Sequence record: PZ543597.1
DNA from: a phage
Length of the DNA stretch: 64,000 nucleotides
Reading direction: 5' to 3' (one strand)
The notes beneath the pieces were generated by a model. That model saw only the letters and a list, made by a program, of their open reading frames with translations. It was not told the DNA's origin and made no database searches. Below are positions 31,939 through 40,220 of the stretch, one piece after another; positions within the stretch are counted from its first letter, which is position 1, and each line of letters starts with the position of its first letter. The position numbers were made by a program, and so were the translations under genes.

Positions 31939-32400
31939 ATGACTATCAACACAGAAGTTTTTATCCGTCGAAATAAGCTTCGTCGTCACTTTGAGTCGGA
32001 GTTTCGTCAAATTAACAATGAGATTCGTGAGGCATCAAAAGCAGCAGGGGTCTCATCGTTTCATCTAAAATATTCTCAGCATCTTCTTGATCGTGCAATT
32101 CAACGGGAGATTGATGAGACATATGTTTTTGAATTATTCCATAAAATAAAAGACCATGTTTTAGAAGTTAATGAATTCCTGAGTATGCCTCCGCGTCCTG
32201 ACATTGACGAGGATTTTATTGATGGGGTTGAATATCGTCCTGGGCGTTTAGAAATCACCGATGGAAATCTTTGGCTTGGATTTACAGTTTGTAAACCTAA
32301 TGCGAAGTTCAAAGACCCGTCACTTCAGTGCAGGATGGCAATTATCAATAGTCGTCGTTTACCAGGAAAGGCTTCTAAAGCAGTAATTAAAACTCAATGA
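31939..32400 (+). CDS. regB: RegB site-specific endoribonuclease
   Basis: 153-aa ORF MTINTEVFIRRNKLRRHFESEFRQINNEIREASK...; matches T4 RegB as recalled. Confidence 0.95.
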   Translation: MTINTEVFIRRNKLRRHFESEFRQINNEIREASKAAGVSSFHLKYSQHLLDRAIQREIDETYVFELFHKIKDHVLEVNEFLSMPPRPDIDEDFIDGVEYRPGRLEITDGNLWLGFTVCKPNAKFKDPSLQCRMAIINSRRLPGKASKAVIKTQ

Positions 32401-32407
32401 GGTAAGC

Positions 32408-32953
32408 ATGAGAAAAGCACTACTCGCTGGTCTATTGGCCATTTCAATGATGGCACATAGCTCCGAGCATACTTTCAGTAATGTCCAACTCGATAACATG
32501 CGTTACGCGTATCAATTCGGGGAACAATTTTCTAAGGATGGAAAATATAAAACACACAAAAACATCCATAAGAGCGGATTGGGTCATATAATGGCTGCTA
32601 TTTTGTGGCAAGAAAGCTCTGCCGGAGTTAATTTAAAATCTAAACCAAAGCATCATGCCTATGGAATGTTCCAAAATTATTTGCCTACTATGCGAGCGAG
32701 AGTCAAGGAACTTGGTTATAATATGACCGATGCTGAAATAAAAAGAATGTTGAATAAACGGTCCAATTCAGCTTCCTGGGCGTACATTGAACTTTCTTAT
32801 TGGTTAAATATACATAAGGGTGATATAAGAAAAGCAATATCATCTTATAATTCGGGATGGAATGTTAAAGCAGGTTCTAAATATGCTTCTGAAGTCCTAG
32901 AAAAGGCTAATTACCTTAAAAATAATAAACTTTTGGAAATAGTAAATGACTAA
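32408..32953 (+). CDS. secreted/periplasmic hypothetical protein (vs.1 position)
   Basis: 181-aa ORF with an N-terminal signal peptide (MRKALLAGLLAISMMAHS). Confidence 0.55.
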   Translation: MRKALLAGLLAISMMAHSSEHTFSNVQLDNMRYAYQFGEQFSKDGKYKTHKNIHKSGLGHIMAAILWQESSAGVNLKSKPKHHAYGMFQNYLPTMRARVKELGYNMTDAEIKRMLNKRSNSASWAYIELSYWLNIHKGDIRKAISSYNSGWNVKAGSKYASEVLEKANYLKNNKLLEIVND

Positions 32954-33287
32954 AATTTTGGTTTTATGTATAGGATTAATTTCATTTTCTGTGTTAGCAG
33001 ATACATCATATACTGAAATTAGAGAGTATGTAAACCGTACTGCAGCGGATTATTGCGGGAAAAATAAAGCATGCCAAGCTGAATTTGCGCAGAAATTAAT
33101 ATATGCATATAAAGACGGAGAAAGAGATAAATCAAGCAGATACAAAAACGATACATTATTAAAACGATATGCTAAAAAGTGGAATACCTTAGAATGTTCA
33201 GTTGCGGAGGAGAAAGATAAAGCCGCTTGTCATTCAATGGTTGACCGTTTGGTAGATTCTTATAATCGAGGATTGAGTACTAGATGA
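32946..33287 (+). CDS. signal-peptide protein at the vs position
   Basis: 113-aa ORF with signal peptide MTKILVLCIGLISFSVLA and four Cys; the vs assignment is positional only. Confidence 0.45.
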   Translation: MTKILVLCIGLISFSVLADTSYTEIREYVNRTAADYCGKNKACQAEFAQKLIYAYKDGERDKSSRYKNDTLLKRYAKKWNTLECSVAEEKDKAACHSMVDRLVDSYNRGLSTR

Positions 33288-33751
33288 TTGTAAAATATAT
33301 CAAGGGCGATATTGTCGCCCTTTTCGCTGAAGGTAAAAATATTGCGCATGGATGCAATTGTTTTCATACTATGGGTTCAGGCGTAGCGGGTCAATTAACC
33401 AAAGCTTTCCCTAAAATTTTGGAAGCTGATAAATTACAGACTGAATGGGGTGATGTAACTAAACTCGGTTCTTACTCAGTCTATGAAAAATACTTTAGGA
33501 CTCATAAAGCGTATTGCTTCAACCTTTATACTCAATTTCAACCAGGGCCAAATTTTGAGTATTCCGCTTTAATGAATTGTATGTTAGAATTAAATGAGTT
33601 TGGTGAAAATAAACTGATTAAACCTACAATCTATATGCCTAGGATTGGTGCAGGCATAGGTAAAGGGAACTGGGATATTATTGAGGGGATTTTAGATACA
33701 TATTCCTCTAAATTAGAAATTGTGATTGTTGATTGGGAACCGTTATTATGA
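33284..33751 (+). CDS. macro-domain-like protein (putative ADP-ribose-binding/processing)
   Basis: 155 aa; N-terminal GDI...IAHGCNCFHTMGSGVAGQL and later IYMPRIGAGIGKGNW resemble the macro-domain phosphate-binding loops (TARG1/OARD1-like). Motif-level inference only. Confidence 0.5.
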   Translation: MIVKYIKGDIVALFAEGKNIAHGCNCFHTMGSGVAGQLTKAFPKILEADKLQTEWGDVTKLGSYSVYEKYFRTHKAYCFNLYTQFQPGPNFEYSALMNCMLELNEFGENKLIKPTIYMPRIGAGIGKGNWDIIEGILDTYSSKLEIVIVDWEPLL

Positions 33752-33960
33752 ATATACATTATCCACATCCATATGACCCAAAGAATAAGGTAGTAATTAT
33801 TCGTCAATGGGAACGCATTTGCCGTACTAAATGTCCAATTAATAGTCCGCATGATGTAGATAAAGACTACATTGGAACATTCGTTGAATATACCTTTATT
33901 GATAAGAAAGGTCGTAAACAGCATGTAGAAGAATACTGCTTAAAGGTTACATGGTTATGA
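33748..33960 (+). CDS. hypothetical protein
   Basis: 70 aa from an ATG overlapping the upstream stop (ATGA). Confidence 0.45.
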   Translation: MNIHYPHPYDPKNKVVIIRQWERICRTKCPINSPHDVDKDYIGTFVEYTFIDKKGRKQHVEEYCLKVTWL

Positions 33961-34163
33961 GCCAAACTAGTATTCTTAAAAATGCCCATTGTGAAAAGTG
34001 TAAATGGCCAGTTGTTTTTGCTTTATGCAACGATGAAATGGCTTGTGATTTCGATTATTGGTGCTATTGTTCTAATAAAGGATGCATCAATCATAAAGGT
34101 GAAGGATTTTATTCGGGATTTTATCCTTATCCAGATTTCGTTAAAGAAGGTAAACCGAAATGA
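33951..34163 (+). CDS. Cys-rich small protein (putative zinc-binding)
   Basis: 70 aa with CEKCK...CNDEMACDFDYWCYCSNKGC. Confidence 0.5.
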   Translation: MVMSQTSILKNAHCEKCKWPVVFALCNDEMACDFDYWCYCSNKGCINHKGEGFYSGFYPYPDFVKEGKPK

Positions 34164-34333
34164 ATAGTTTTGAGTTACAGTATGAAGTGTTACGTGAGCT
34201 TGATAATTTAATTGAACTCGCTGTCAATAAAGGTTTTGCCATTGGAATCGGTCAAAAAGATACTGGTCATTTAACTATGGAAATATTTAAGCAAAAGCGA
34301 ATTATTATAAAACTCCTGGAAATTAATATATGA
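34160..34333 (+). CDS. hypothetical small protein
   Basis: 57-aa ORF (below the track cutoff) with ATGA coupling at both ends. Confidence 0.4.
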   Translation: MNSFELQYEVLRELDNLIELAVNKGFAIGIGQKDTGHLTMEIFKQKRIIIKLLEINI

Positions 34334-34515
34334 GTCTGAGTAAAGAACAAAAAGATAAATTGTTTGAGCTTATCCATGAACTTCTAGATGAGCATACAGA
34401 AGCAAACACCTTTTATGATGAATACGGCCCGCTATCTCCCGAACAGCAAGAAGAATTTGCTGATCGGTTTAATAAGAAAGAAAACGAATTAATAGCTTAT
34501 GTGAATATGCTTTAA
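34330..34515 (+). CDS. hypothetical small acidic protein
   Basis: 61-aa ORF coupled to its neighbours. Confidence 0.45.
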   Translation: MSLSKEQKDKLFELIHELLDEHTEANTFYDEYGPLSPEQQEEFADRFNKKENELIAYVNML

Positions 34516-34524
34516 GAAGGTGAT

Positions 34525-35106
34525 ATGGCGAGTTTAATTTTTACTTACGCAGCAATGAATGCTGGAAAATCTGCTTCTCTTTTGACTGCTGCACATAATT
34601 ATAAAGAACGCGGAATGGGTGTATTAGTTCTTAAGCCTGCTATTGATACTCGCGATTCTGTCTGTGAAGTCGTTTCTCGCATTGGAATTAAGCAGGAAGC
34701 GAATATTATTACGGATGATATGGATATTTTTGAGTTCTATAAATGGGCTGAAGCACAAAAAGATATTCATTGTGTATTTGTAGATGAAGCTCAGTTTTTA
34801 AAAACTGAACAGGTGCATCAATTAAGTCGAATTGTTGATACATATAATGTTCCTGTTATGGCTTATGGGCTAAGGACTGATTTCGCTGGAAAATTATTTG
34901 AAGGTTCTAAAGAACTTTTGGCGATTGCAGATAAACTTATTGAACTAAAGGCAGTTTGTCATTGTGGTAAAAAAGCTATTATGACAGCTCGATTAATGGA
35001 AGATGGAACACCAGTTAAAGAAGGTAATCAAATCTGTATTGGTGATGAAATTTATGTTTCTTTGTGTAGAAAACATTGGAACGAATTAACTAAAAAGCTC
35101 GGTTAG
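34525..35106 (+). CDS. tk: thymidine kinase
   Basis: 193-aa ORF with P-loop AMNAGKSASLL and zinc ribbon CHCGKK...C..HW; matches T4 Tk as recalled. Confidence 0.95.
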   Translation: MASLIFTYAAMNAGKSASLLTAAHNYKERGMGVLVLKPAIDTRDSVCEVVSRIGIKQEANIITDDMDIFEFYKWAEAQKDIHCVFVDEAQFLKTEQVHQLSRIVDTYNVPVMAYGLRTDFAGKLFEGSKELLAIADKLIELKAVCHCGKKAIMTARLMEDGTPVKEGNQICIGDEIYVSLCRKHWNELTKKLG

Positions 35107-35148
35107 TGCAAAAGTTATAAATAGGTTTATCTAACTAAAGGGGTATAT

Positions 35149-35361
35149 ATGCTACAATTAACTGAAAAGCAACTTCGCAATCTTACTGTTCTTCAATTAG
35201 ATGAAATTCGTAGGGAAGTTGGAAATATCATTTCAGCTTTGCGTCGAGAAGTATCACTCAACCAATCTCCGGCAGACTATACTAGATTGCGAAATTTTGA
35301 AAAATACCTTGATAAAGTTAAGGCCGTGCATCGGCATAAAGTAAATACAGGACAAAAATGA
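35149..35361 (+). CDS. hypothetical protein (rI.1 position)
   Basis: 70-aa ORF with RBS aaagggg. Confidence 0.5.
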
Positions 35362-35373
35362 TAGGAGGCCTTT

Positions 35374-35667
35374 ATGGCCTTAAAAGCAACGGCACTATTT
35401 GCCATGCTAGGATTAGCGTTTGCTTTATCTCCACCAATTGAAGCGAATGTCGATCCTCATTTTGATAAATTTATGGAATCTGGTATTAGACACGTTTATA
35501 TGCTTTTTGAAAATAAAAGCGTAGAATCATCTGAACAGTTCTATAGTTTTATGCGAACGACTTATAAAAATGACCCGTGCTCTTCCGATTTTGAATGTAT
35601 AGAGCGAGGCGCGGAGATGGCACAATCATACGCTAGAATTATGAACATTAAATTGGAGACTGAATGA
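35374..35667 (+). CDS. rI: lysis-inhibition regulator rI
   Basis: 97-aa ORF with signal-anchor MALKATALFAMLGLAFALSP and ...CSSDFECIERGAEMAQSYARIMN; matches T4 RI as recalled. Confidence 0.9.
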   Translation: MALKATALFAMLGLAFALSPPIEANVDPHFDKFMESGIRHVYMLFENKSVESSEQFYSFMRTTYKNDPCSSDFECIERGAEMAQSYARIMNIKLETE

Positions 35668-36050
35668 AATTCAGCGACTTTTCACAAAGTGGAAAACCTT
35701 CAAAGGCAGATGAATACTTAGGTTTATTAATGGCTGCACAAGCTTATTTTCATTCTGCGCATTTTGAAACTAAAAGTTATGCTAGACACAAAGCATACGA
35801 TTTTATTTTCTCTGAGTTGCCAGATTTGATTGATAAATTTGGTGAGCAATATTTGGGGTATTCTGGTAGAAAATACACGCCTTCTATTCCAGATGCCAGT
35901 AAACTTCCTACCGACACAATTAAAATGATTGATCGCATACTAGACCAATCTAACAGCATTTATAAAGAAATGCCTCCAGCCATTCAAAGCACGATAGATG
36001 ATATTACTGGGATGTTTTACCAGAGTAAATATCTTCTTTCCCTCGAATAA
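35664..36050 (+). CDS. hypothetical protein (rI.-1 position)
   Basis: 128-aa ORF, ATGA-coupled to rI. Confidence 0.55.
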   Translation: MKFSDFSQSGKPSKADEYLGLLMAAQAYFHSAHFETKSYARHKAYDFIFSELPDLIDKFGEQYLGYSGRKYTPSIPDASKLPTDTIKMIDRILDQSNSIYKEMPPAIQSTIDDITGMFYQSKYLLSLE

Positions 36051-36053
36051 CAT

Positions 36054-36077
36054 TAGTCTCCTTCGGGAGACTTTTTT
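36054..36077 (+). terminator. intrinsic terminator
   Basis: agtctccttcgggagact hairpin followed by tttttc. Confidence 0.7.
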
Positions 36078-36088
36078 CATTTTACCGG

Positions 36089-36117
36089 TTTACTTTCCAT
36101 TTGAGCTGTGATACTAT
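36089..36117 (+). promoter_or_regulatory. T4-type early promoter
   Basis: -35 TTTACT, 17-bp spacer, -10 TACTAT followed by acaactatc. Confidence 0.65.
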
Positions 36118-36145
36118 ACAACTATCGGATAAAGAGGAGAACATC

Positions 36146-36334
36146 ATGAAAATTGAAGCACTTAATCAAGAAGGAAATATCTACGTCATCATTAATGGTG
36201 ATTTTTTCGTCGACATGGATGAAGTTACTAGTGAAGAACTTGTAGAACTTCTTAAGAAACGTTATGATATGTGTGATGAAGCTGCAACTCATATGGCGTG
36301 TGCAATATTCTCTCTTTCATATGTGGTGGAATAA
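36146..36334 (+). CDS. hypothetical small acidic protein
   Basis: 62 aa from an ATG after aaagaggagaa. Confidence 0.5.
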   Translation: MKIEALNQEGNIYVIINGDFFVDMDEVTSEELVELLKKRYDMCDEAATHMACAIFSLSYVVE

Positions 36335-36537
36335 TGACTAGAATTGAACAAGCAGATAAAATTAAAGAATTGGTAGCTTTAATTCGCAAAGCAGATGAGG
36401 AACTTAGTGACTTTGCTTGGTTTTCGGCAGGCATTGCAAATAAAGGTATTGAAAAATTTGAAGCTAAAGTTGATAATGCTTTAGAAGCGTTAGATATGTT
36501 TCTTGATGAAATTATCGATCATAATACGAGAGTTTAA
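36334..36537 (+). CDS. hypothetical small protein
   Basis: 67 aa, TAATG-coupled. Confidence 0.45.
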   Translation: MTRIEQADKIKELVALIRKADEELSDFAWFSAGIANKGIEKFEAKVDNALEALDMFLDEIIDHNTRV

Positions 36538-36539
36538 TT

Positions 36540-36734
36540 ATGCTAACACGTGAACAGTTTGAAAAAATTATTAAATTAGCACGTGATATTGAAATAGATT
36601 CATACCAATTAGCAGTTGAGCATTGTGAAGGATATTCATACGACGGTATAGAAGCAGCTAAAAAGGATTTGGATAAATCCAAAGCTAAGTTAGTTCAATA
36701 TCTTGAAATGATTAGGTGGAATAATGAAAACTGA
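36540..36734 (+). CDS. hypothetical small protein
   Basis: 64-aa ORF. Confidence 0.45.
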   Translation: MLTREQFEKIIKLARDIEIDSYQLAVEHCEGYSYDGIEAAKKDLDKSKAKLVQYLEMIRWNNEN

Positions 36735-36897
36735 AAAGCAGATGTTTTTAATGAAGCTAATTGAAGAATATGCTAATGCAGTTTCTGACTATGAGTATTC
36801 TGCTCGGGAAAGAGGTACAGCTTTCGCAAAGGAAGAAATGAAAATCATGGTTGATGCTCACACAAAGCTTCAGAATTTTATTGAAAACGTCATTTAA
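36724..36897 (+). CDS. hypothetical small protein
   Basis: 57-aa ORF (below the track cutoff) overlapping the upstream gene by 11 nt. Confidence 0.35.
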   Translation: MKTEKQMFLMKLIEEYANAVSDYEYSARERGTAFAKEEMKIMVDAHTKLQNFIENVI

Positions 36898-36900
36898 TGG

Positions 36901-36929
36901 TTTACAAGTTGGCAAGATTATGATATAGT
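36901..36929 (+). promoter_or_regulatory. T4-type early promoter with 13-bp embedded stem-loop
   Basis: -35 TTTACA, 17-bp spacer, -10 TATAGT; inverted repeat gttggcaagatta/taatcttgtcaac encloses the -10. Confidence 0.6.
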
Positions 36930-37088
36930 AATCTTGTCAACTGCCAAGGAGAAGAGAATGAAAGTTTTGTTTGTTGTGTATGTGATGATTCAATATAATT
37001 ATCCAATGTTTACTTATAATCTGGTGAACAACATTATTGATATTATTCAAAGGAGTATGTAATTGTGGGTGAGTCGAAGAGAATCAAT

Positions 37089-37622
37089 ATGAAACGATTA
37101 GTATTAGAAGTTAGTCCGCTTTTTGGTGAATTAGCTATAGAAAAAGTAAATAATATGTATCGTTTGACACAAGAAGACGATATGCTATATTTTACGCCTA
37201 GTGAAATCATTCATTTAACCCAAATTGAATATCCTTATACTGATAAAATAGTAAGCATCAATGATGAGCACAAAATTCATTTTTATTCTTCATGCCCAGG
37301 ATTTAATATTAAAAGTGAGTCAATGTGTTTATCAGTTATCCATTGGGATAGTTTTATAGATAAGATTAAATATTTTTATTATTCTAATGAAAGAAAACAT
37401 AGTTTAAAATGGCTCAAAAATTGCAATGCTATTATTACTAACGCTTGCAATCAGAATGATGAAACTGTTTTAAACGTATCAAAATGCTATGAAGATGGTG
37501 ATGTCTTAACTATTCGTCAAATTGATGATTTTCGATCGTATATTGTCACATTTACCAAAGACGAAGCTATTGCGCTAAAGACTTATCTCGATTCTGTCAT
37601 TCCAACTATGATTTCAAAGTGA
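37089..37622 (+). CDS. hypothetical protein, paralogue A of a tandem pair
   Basis: 177 aa from ATG 37089; C-terminus DEAIALKTYLDSVIPTMISK resembles that of the next gene. Confidence 0.5.
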   Translation: MKRLVLEVSPLFGELAIEKVNNMYRLTQEDDMLYFTPSEIIHLTQIEYPYTDKIVSINDEHKIHFYSSCPGFNIKSESMCLSVIHWDSFIDKIKYFYYSNERKHSLKWLKNCNAIITNACNQNDETVLNVSKCYEDGDVLTIRQIDDFRSYIVTFTKDEAIALKTYLDSVIPTMISK

Positions 37623-37628
37623 GGAAAT

Positions 37629-38150
37629 ATGTTTATTTCAAGTGGAAGTGGTTTAATTCGTGTTGAATTTAAAAATGACATCTTCCTTATTCAAGGAGAT
37701 GATATTATTAAAATGAGTTATGATGAAATTAAGAAAATTTGTAATGCTCTTGAAAGTCATGGAAAAGTGAACGCTGTTATTGATATTGGTGATTTATGGG
37801 TGACACTTTATGAAGTATCCGAAGGATTTAATATTGAAGATGAAAACAACATCTTAGCTATTGATAAAAGAAGCGATTTGTTTGATGTGTTAAAAGTTTA
37901 TGAACAGTCAAACGGTGGAAGAACAGCTGTATTGATTTATCAAAAACCACATTCATGTGGAACTGCTTCAATCATTTCAGATATTGAAGATGAAACTGAT
38001 ACTTATATGTGTGTTTTAAAAGCTGGTGGTGACCGTCATCCGGATTTTATTTCTATTCGTCAAAACAATGAAGAAATTTCATTATCAAAATCAGAAGCTG
38101 AAGCTATGATTAAGTATTTAACAACTGTTACACCTTCAATGAAAGGATAA
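37629..38150 (+). CDS. hypothetical protein, paralogue B of a tandem pair
   Basis: 173 aa; C-terminus SEAEAMIKYLTTVTPSMKG. Confidence 0.5.
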   Translation: MFISSGSGLIRVEFKNDIFLIQGDDIIKMSYDEIKKICNALESHGKVNAVIDIGDLWVTLYEVSEGFNIEDENNILAIDKRSDLFDVLKVYEQSNGGRTAVLIYQKPHSCGTASIISDIEDETDTYMCVLKAGGDRHPDFISIRQNNEEISLSKSEAEAMIKYLTTVTPSMKG

Positions 38151-38152
38151 TT

Positions 38153-38614
38153 ATGATTATTAATGAAAACTCTTGGCACTATAAATTATTCAAACTGTTT
38201 AACGACGAATGGAAACGACCTAAGACACTGTGTGCATACTTTTGGTCTATTGTTATCCCTACATTTTTCGTTTCTTTTTTCGGATGTACTATACTCGCAG
38301 GTCTAACTATTATCTGTGCAGAAATCATACAGAAATGGCTTATTTTTGGTAGTTTATGGACTCTTCTTCCATCGGCATTTATACTTGCACTTTTGGTTGT
38401 TTTACTTATTATCGGTTCATTTGTTATTCCTGCACAACTGCGTGAAAAATATAAAGATTATAAATGGAAAAAGGATTATGCTTTACACGTAGAAAATATT
38501 GATAGGGCGTATAAAGGTTTACCTTCTATTCAACCAAAGAAATCGGTTATCGTTGAATTTTTAAAAGCTCGTAAAGCTAAAGTATGTCCTGTTATTGAAT
38601 ATAAGGCTGAATGA
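38153..38614 (+). CDS. membrane protein (two or three transmembrane segments)
   Basis: 153 aa with hydrophobic segments IVIPTFFVSFFGCTILAGLTIICA and LLPSAFILALLVVLLIIGSFVI; ATGA-coupled to the downstream gene. Confidence 0.55.
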   Translation: MIINENSWHYKLFKLFNDEWKRPKTLCAYFWSIVIPTFFVSFFGCTILAGLTIICAEIIQKWLIFGSLWTLLPSAFILALLVVLLIIGSFVIPAQLREKYKDYKWKKDYALHVENIDRAYKGLPSIQPKKSVIVEFLKARKAKVCPVIEYKAE

Positions 38615-39624
38615 TGAAAACAGTAATGAAAAGCTATTTTGGTAGTCATCTTTATGGAACTTCTACCCCAGAATCTGATGTAGATTTTAAAGAAATCTTT
38701 GTTCCTCCTGCTCGTGATATTCTTATCGGAAATGTTAAAGAGCATATGAGTAAAAACACTAACAACACATCATCTAAAAACACTAAAGATGATATTGACC
38801 ACGAATTGTATAGTCTTAAATATTTCTTTAAATTAGCAGCAGATGGTGAAACTGTAGCGTTAGATATGCTTCACACTCCACCTGAGTTAGTGGTTAAATC
38901 TGATTTGCCTGATGTGTGGAAGTTTATTCAAGACAACCGTTCTCGTTTTTATACGACTAACATGAAATCCTATTTAGGATATGTCCGTAAGCAAGCTTCT
39001 AAATACGGCGTTAAGGGTTCTCGTTTGGCTGCATTACGTGATGTATTGAAAGTAGTTAATCAAATCCCTGAGAAATGGGTTGATTACCAAGAAGATGGTT
39101 CTATTAAGCAGCGTCGTACTAAAGTTGAAGATATTAAGCATCGTCTTCCAGAAAACGAATTCTGTGAATGGGTGTTCCATAATCATGAGAAAACAGGCCC
39201 ACAGACGTTCTACACAGTGTTGGGTCGTAAATATCAGACAACGCTTTCTCTTATTGAGCTTAAGCAGTCACTGAACAAATTAGATGCTGAATACGGTGAA
39301 CGTGCTCGTAAGGCCGAAGCCAATGAAGGTATTGACTGGAAAGCTCTGAGTCATGCTTGCCGTGGTGGACTCCAACTATTGGAAATTTACAAAACTGGTG
39401 ACTTGGTTTATCCACTCCAAGATGCTCCATTTATTCTCGACGTGAAGTTGGGTAAACATCCATTTAAAACGGTTCAAGAGTTTTTGGAAGATGTGGTCGA
39501 TCAAGTAGAAGCAGCATCTACTGAAGCTTCTAAGAACGGTATGCAGCAAAAAGTAGACATGGGTTTTTGGGATGACTTCCTTGAGAGGGTTTATCTTGAA
39601 AACCACCGAAGTTATTATAAATGA
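38611..39624 (+). CDS. nucleotidyltransferase-fold protein (Pol-beta superfamily motif)
   Basis: 337 aa; N-terminal GSHLYGTSTPESDVDF fits the G[SG]x9-13DxD nucleotidyltransferase signature, followed by a long helical domain. Confidence 0.5.
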   Translation: MMKTVMKSYFGSHLYGTSTPESDVDFKEIFVPPARDILIGNVKEHMSKNTNNTSSKNTKDDIDHELYSLKYFFKLAADGETVALDMLHTPPELVVKSDLPDVWKFIQDNRSRFYTTNMKSYLGYVRKQASKYGVKGSRLAALRDVLKVVNQIPEKWVDYQEDGSIKQRRTKVEDIKHRLPENEFCEWVFHNHEKTGPQTFYTVLGRKYQTTLSLIELKQSLNKLDAEYGERARKAEANEGIDWKALSHACRGGLQLLEIYKTGDLVYPLQDAPFILDVKLGKHPFKTVQEFLEDVVDQVEAASTEASKNGMQQKVDMGFWDDFLERVYLENHRSYYK

Positions 39625-39626
39625 TA

Positions 39627-39652
39627 GGGAGCCTTCGGGCTCCCTTTTTTAT
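39627..39652 (+). terminator. intrinsic terminator
   Basis: gggagccttcgggctccc hairpin followed by tttttt. Confidence 0.75.
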
Positions 39653-39675
39653 TTCAAAAATTTTTCACAAAATTG

Positions 39676-39704
39676 TTTACAAGCATAAAGCTTTATGGTA
39701 CTAT
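39676..39704 (+). promoter_or_regulatory. T4-type early promoter
   Basis: ttcacaaaattg upstream, -35 TTTACA, 17-bp spacer containing the palindrome ataaagctttat, -10 TACTAT. Confidence 0.65.
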
Positions 39705-39741
39705 ACAACTATCAAAACAAACACTTAAACGGAAAAACAAA

Positions 39742-39891
39742 ATGAAAATTACACCAATTGAAGTAAAAAAGTTGATTGACACAGAAGAAATTTCAGAGTG
39801 TTTTGAAAGTTTCTTAGAAGATGCAACTGAAGATAATGCAGTTTATCTCGCTCAGAAAATTATCGAAACTTATTTGGAGAAGAATCAATGA
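39742..39891 (+). CDS. hypothetical small acidic protein
   Basis: 49 aa from an ATG after aaaacaaa; the track ORF starts upstream inside the promoter. Confidence 0.4.
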   Translation: MKITPIEVKKLIDTEEISECFESFLEDATEDNAVYLAQKIIETYLEKNQ

Positions 39892-40151
39892 CAGTTTACG
39901 TAGATGTTTTAATGAATCATGGATGGAAACTTCGCGGTCATCCAACTAAAAATTGTCATATGTTCACTGATGGAGATATTGAAGAGCTTCATGAAATGGC
40001 AGAAGCAATAGGAATGAAACGTTCTTGGTTTCAAGATAAACGCATTAAACATTATGACTTACACGCTCGCCGACGCCAAAAAGCTGTAGAACTTGGAGCT
40101 GTAGAAGTATCTCGCCGTGAAGCAGTAAAAATTTGGCGAACGTTAAAATAA
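39888..40151 (+). CDS. DUF4031-like small protein
   Basis: 87 aa, MTVYVDVLMNHGWKLRGHPTKNCHMFTDGDIEELHEMAEAIGMKRSWFQDKRIKHYDL...; recalled as matching the DUF4031 family pattern. Confidence 0.45.
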   Translation: MTVYVDVLMNHGWKLRGHPTKNCHMFTDGDIEELHEMAEAIGMKRSWFQDKRIKHYDLHARRRQKAVELGAVEVSRREAVKIWRTLK

Positions 40152-40155
40152 ATTG

Positions 40156-40184
40156 TTTACAGAAGGGTAGTAGTGTGATACTAT
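40156..40184 (+). promoter_or_regulatory. T4-type early promoter with embedded inverted repeat
   Basis: -35 TTTACA, 17-bp spacer, -10 TACTAT; 27-nt tract gtgatactattaccctatcaaaacaaa is identical to 20405-20431. Confidence 0.65.
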
Positions 40185-40220
40185 TACCCTATCAAAACAA
40201 ATGTGAGATTGGAGAATAAA

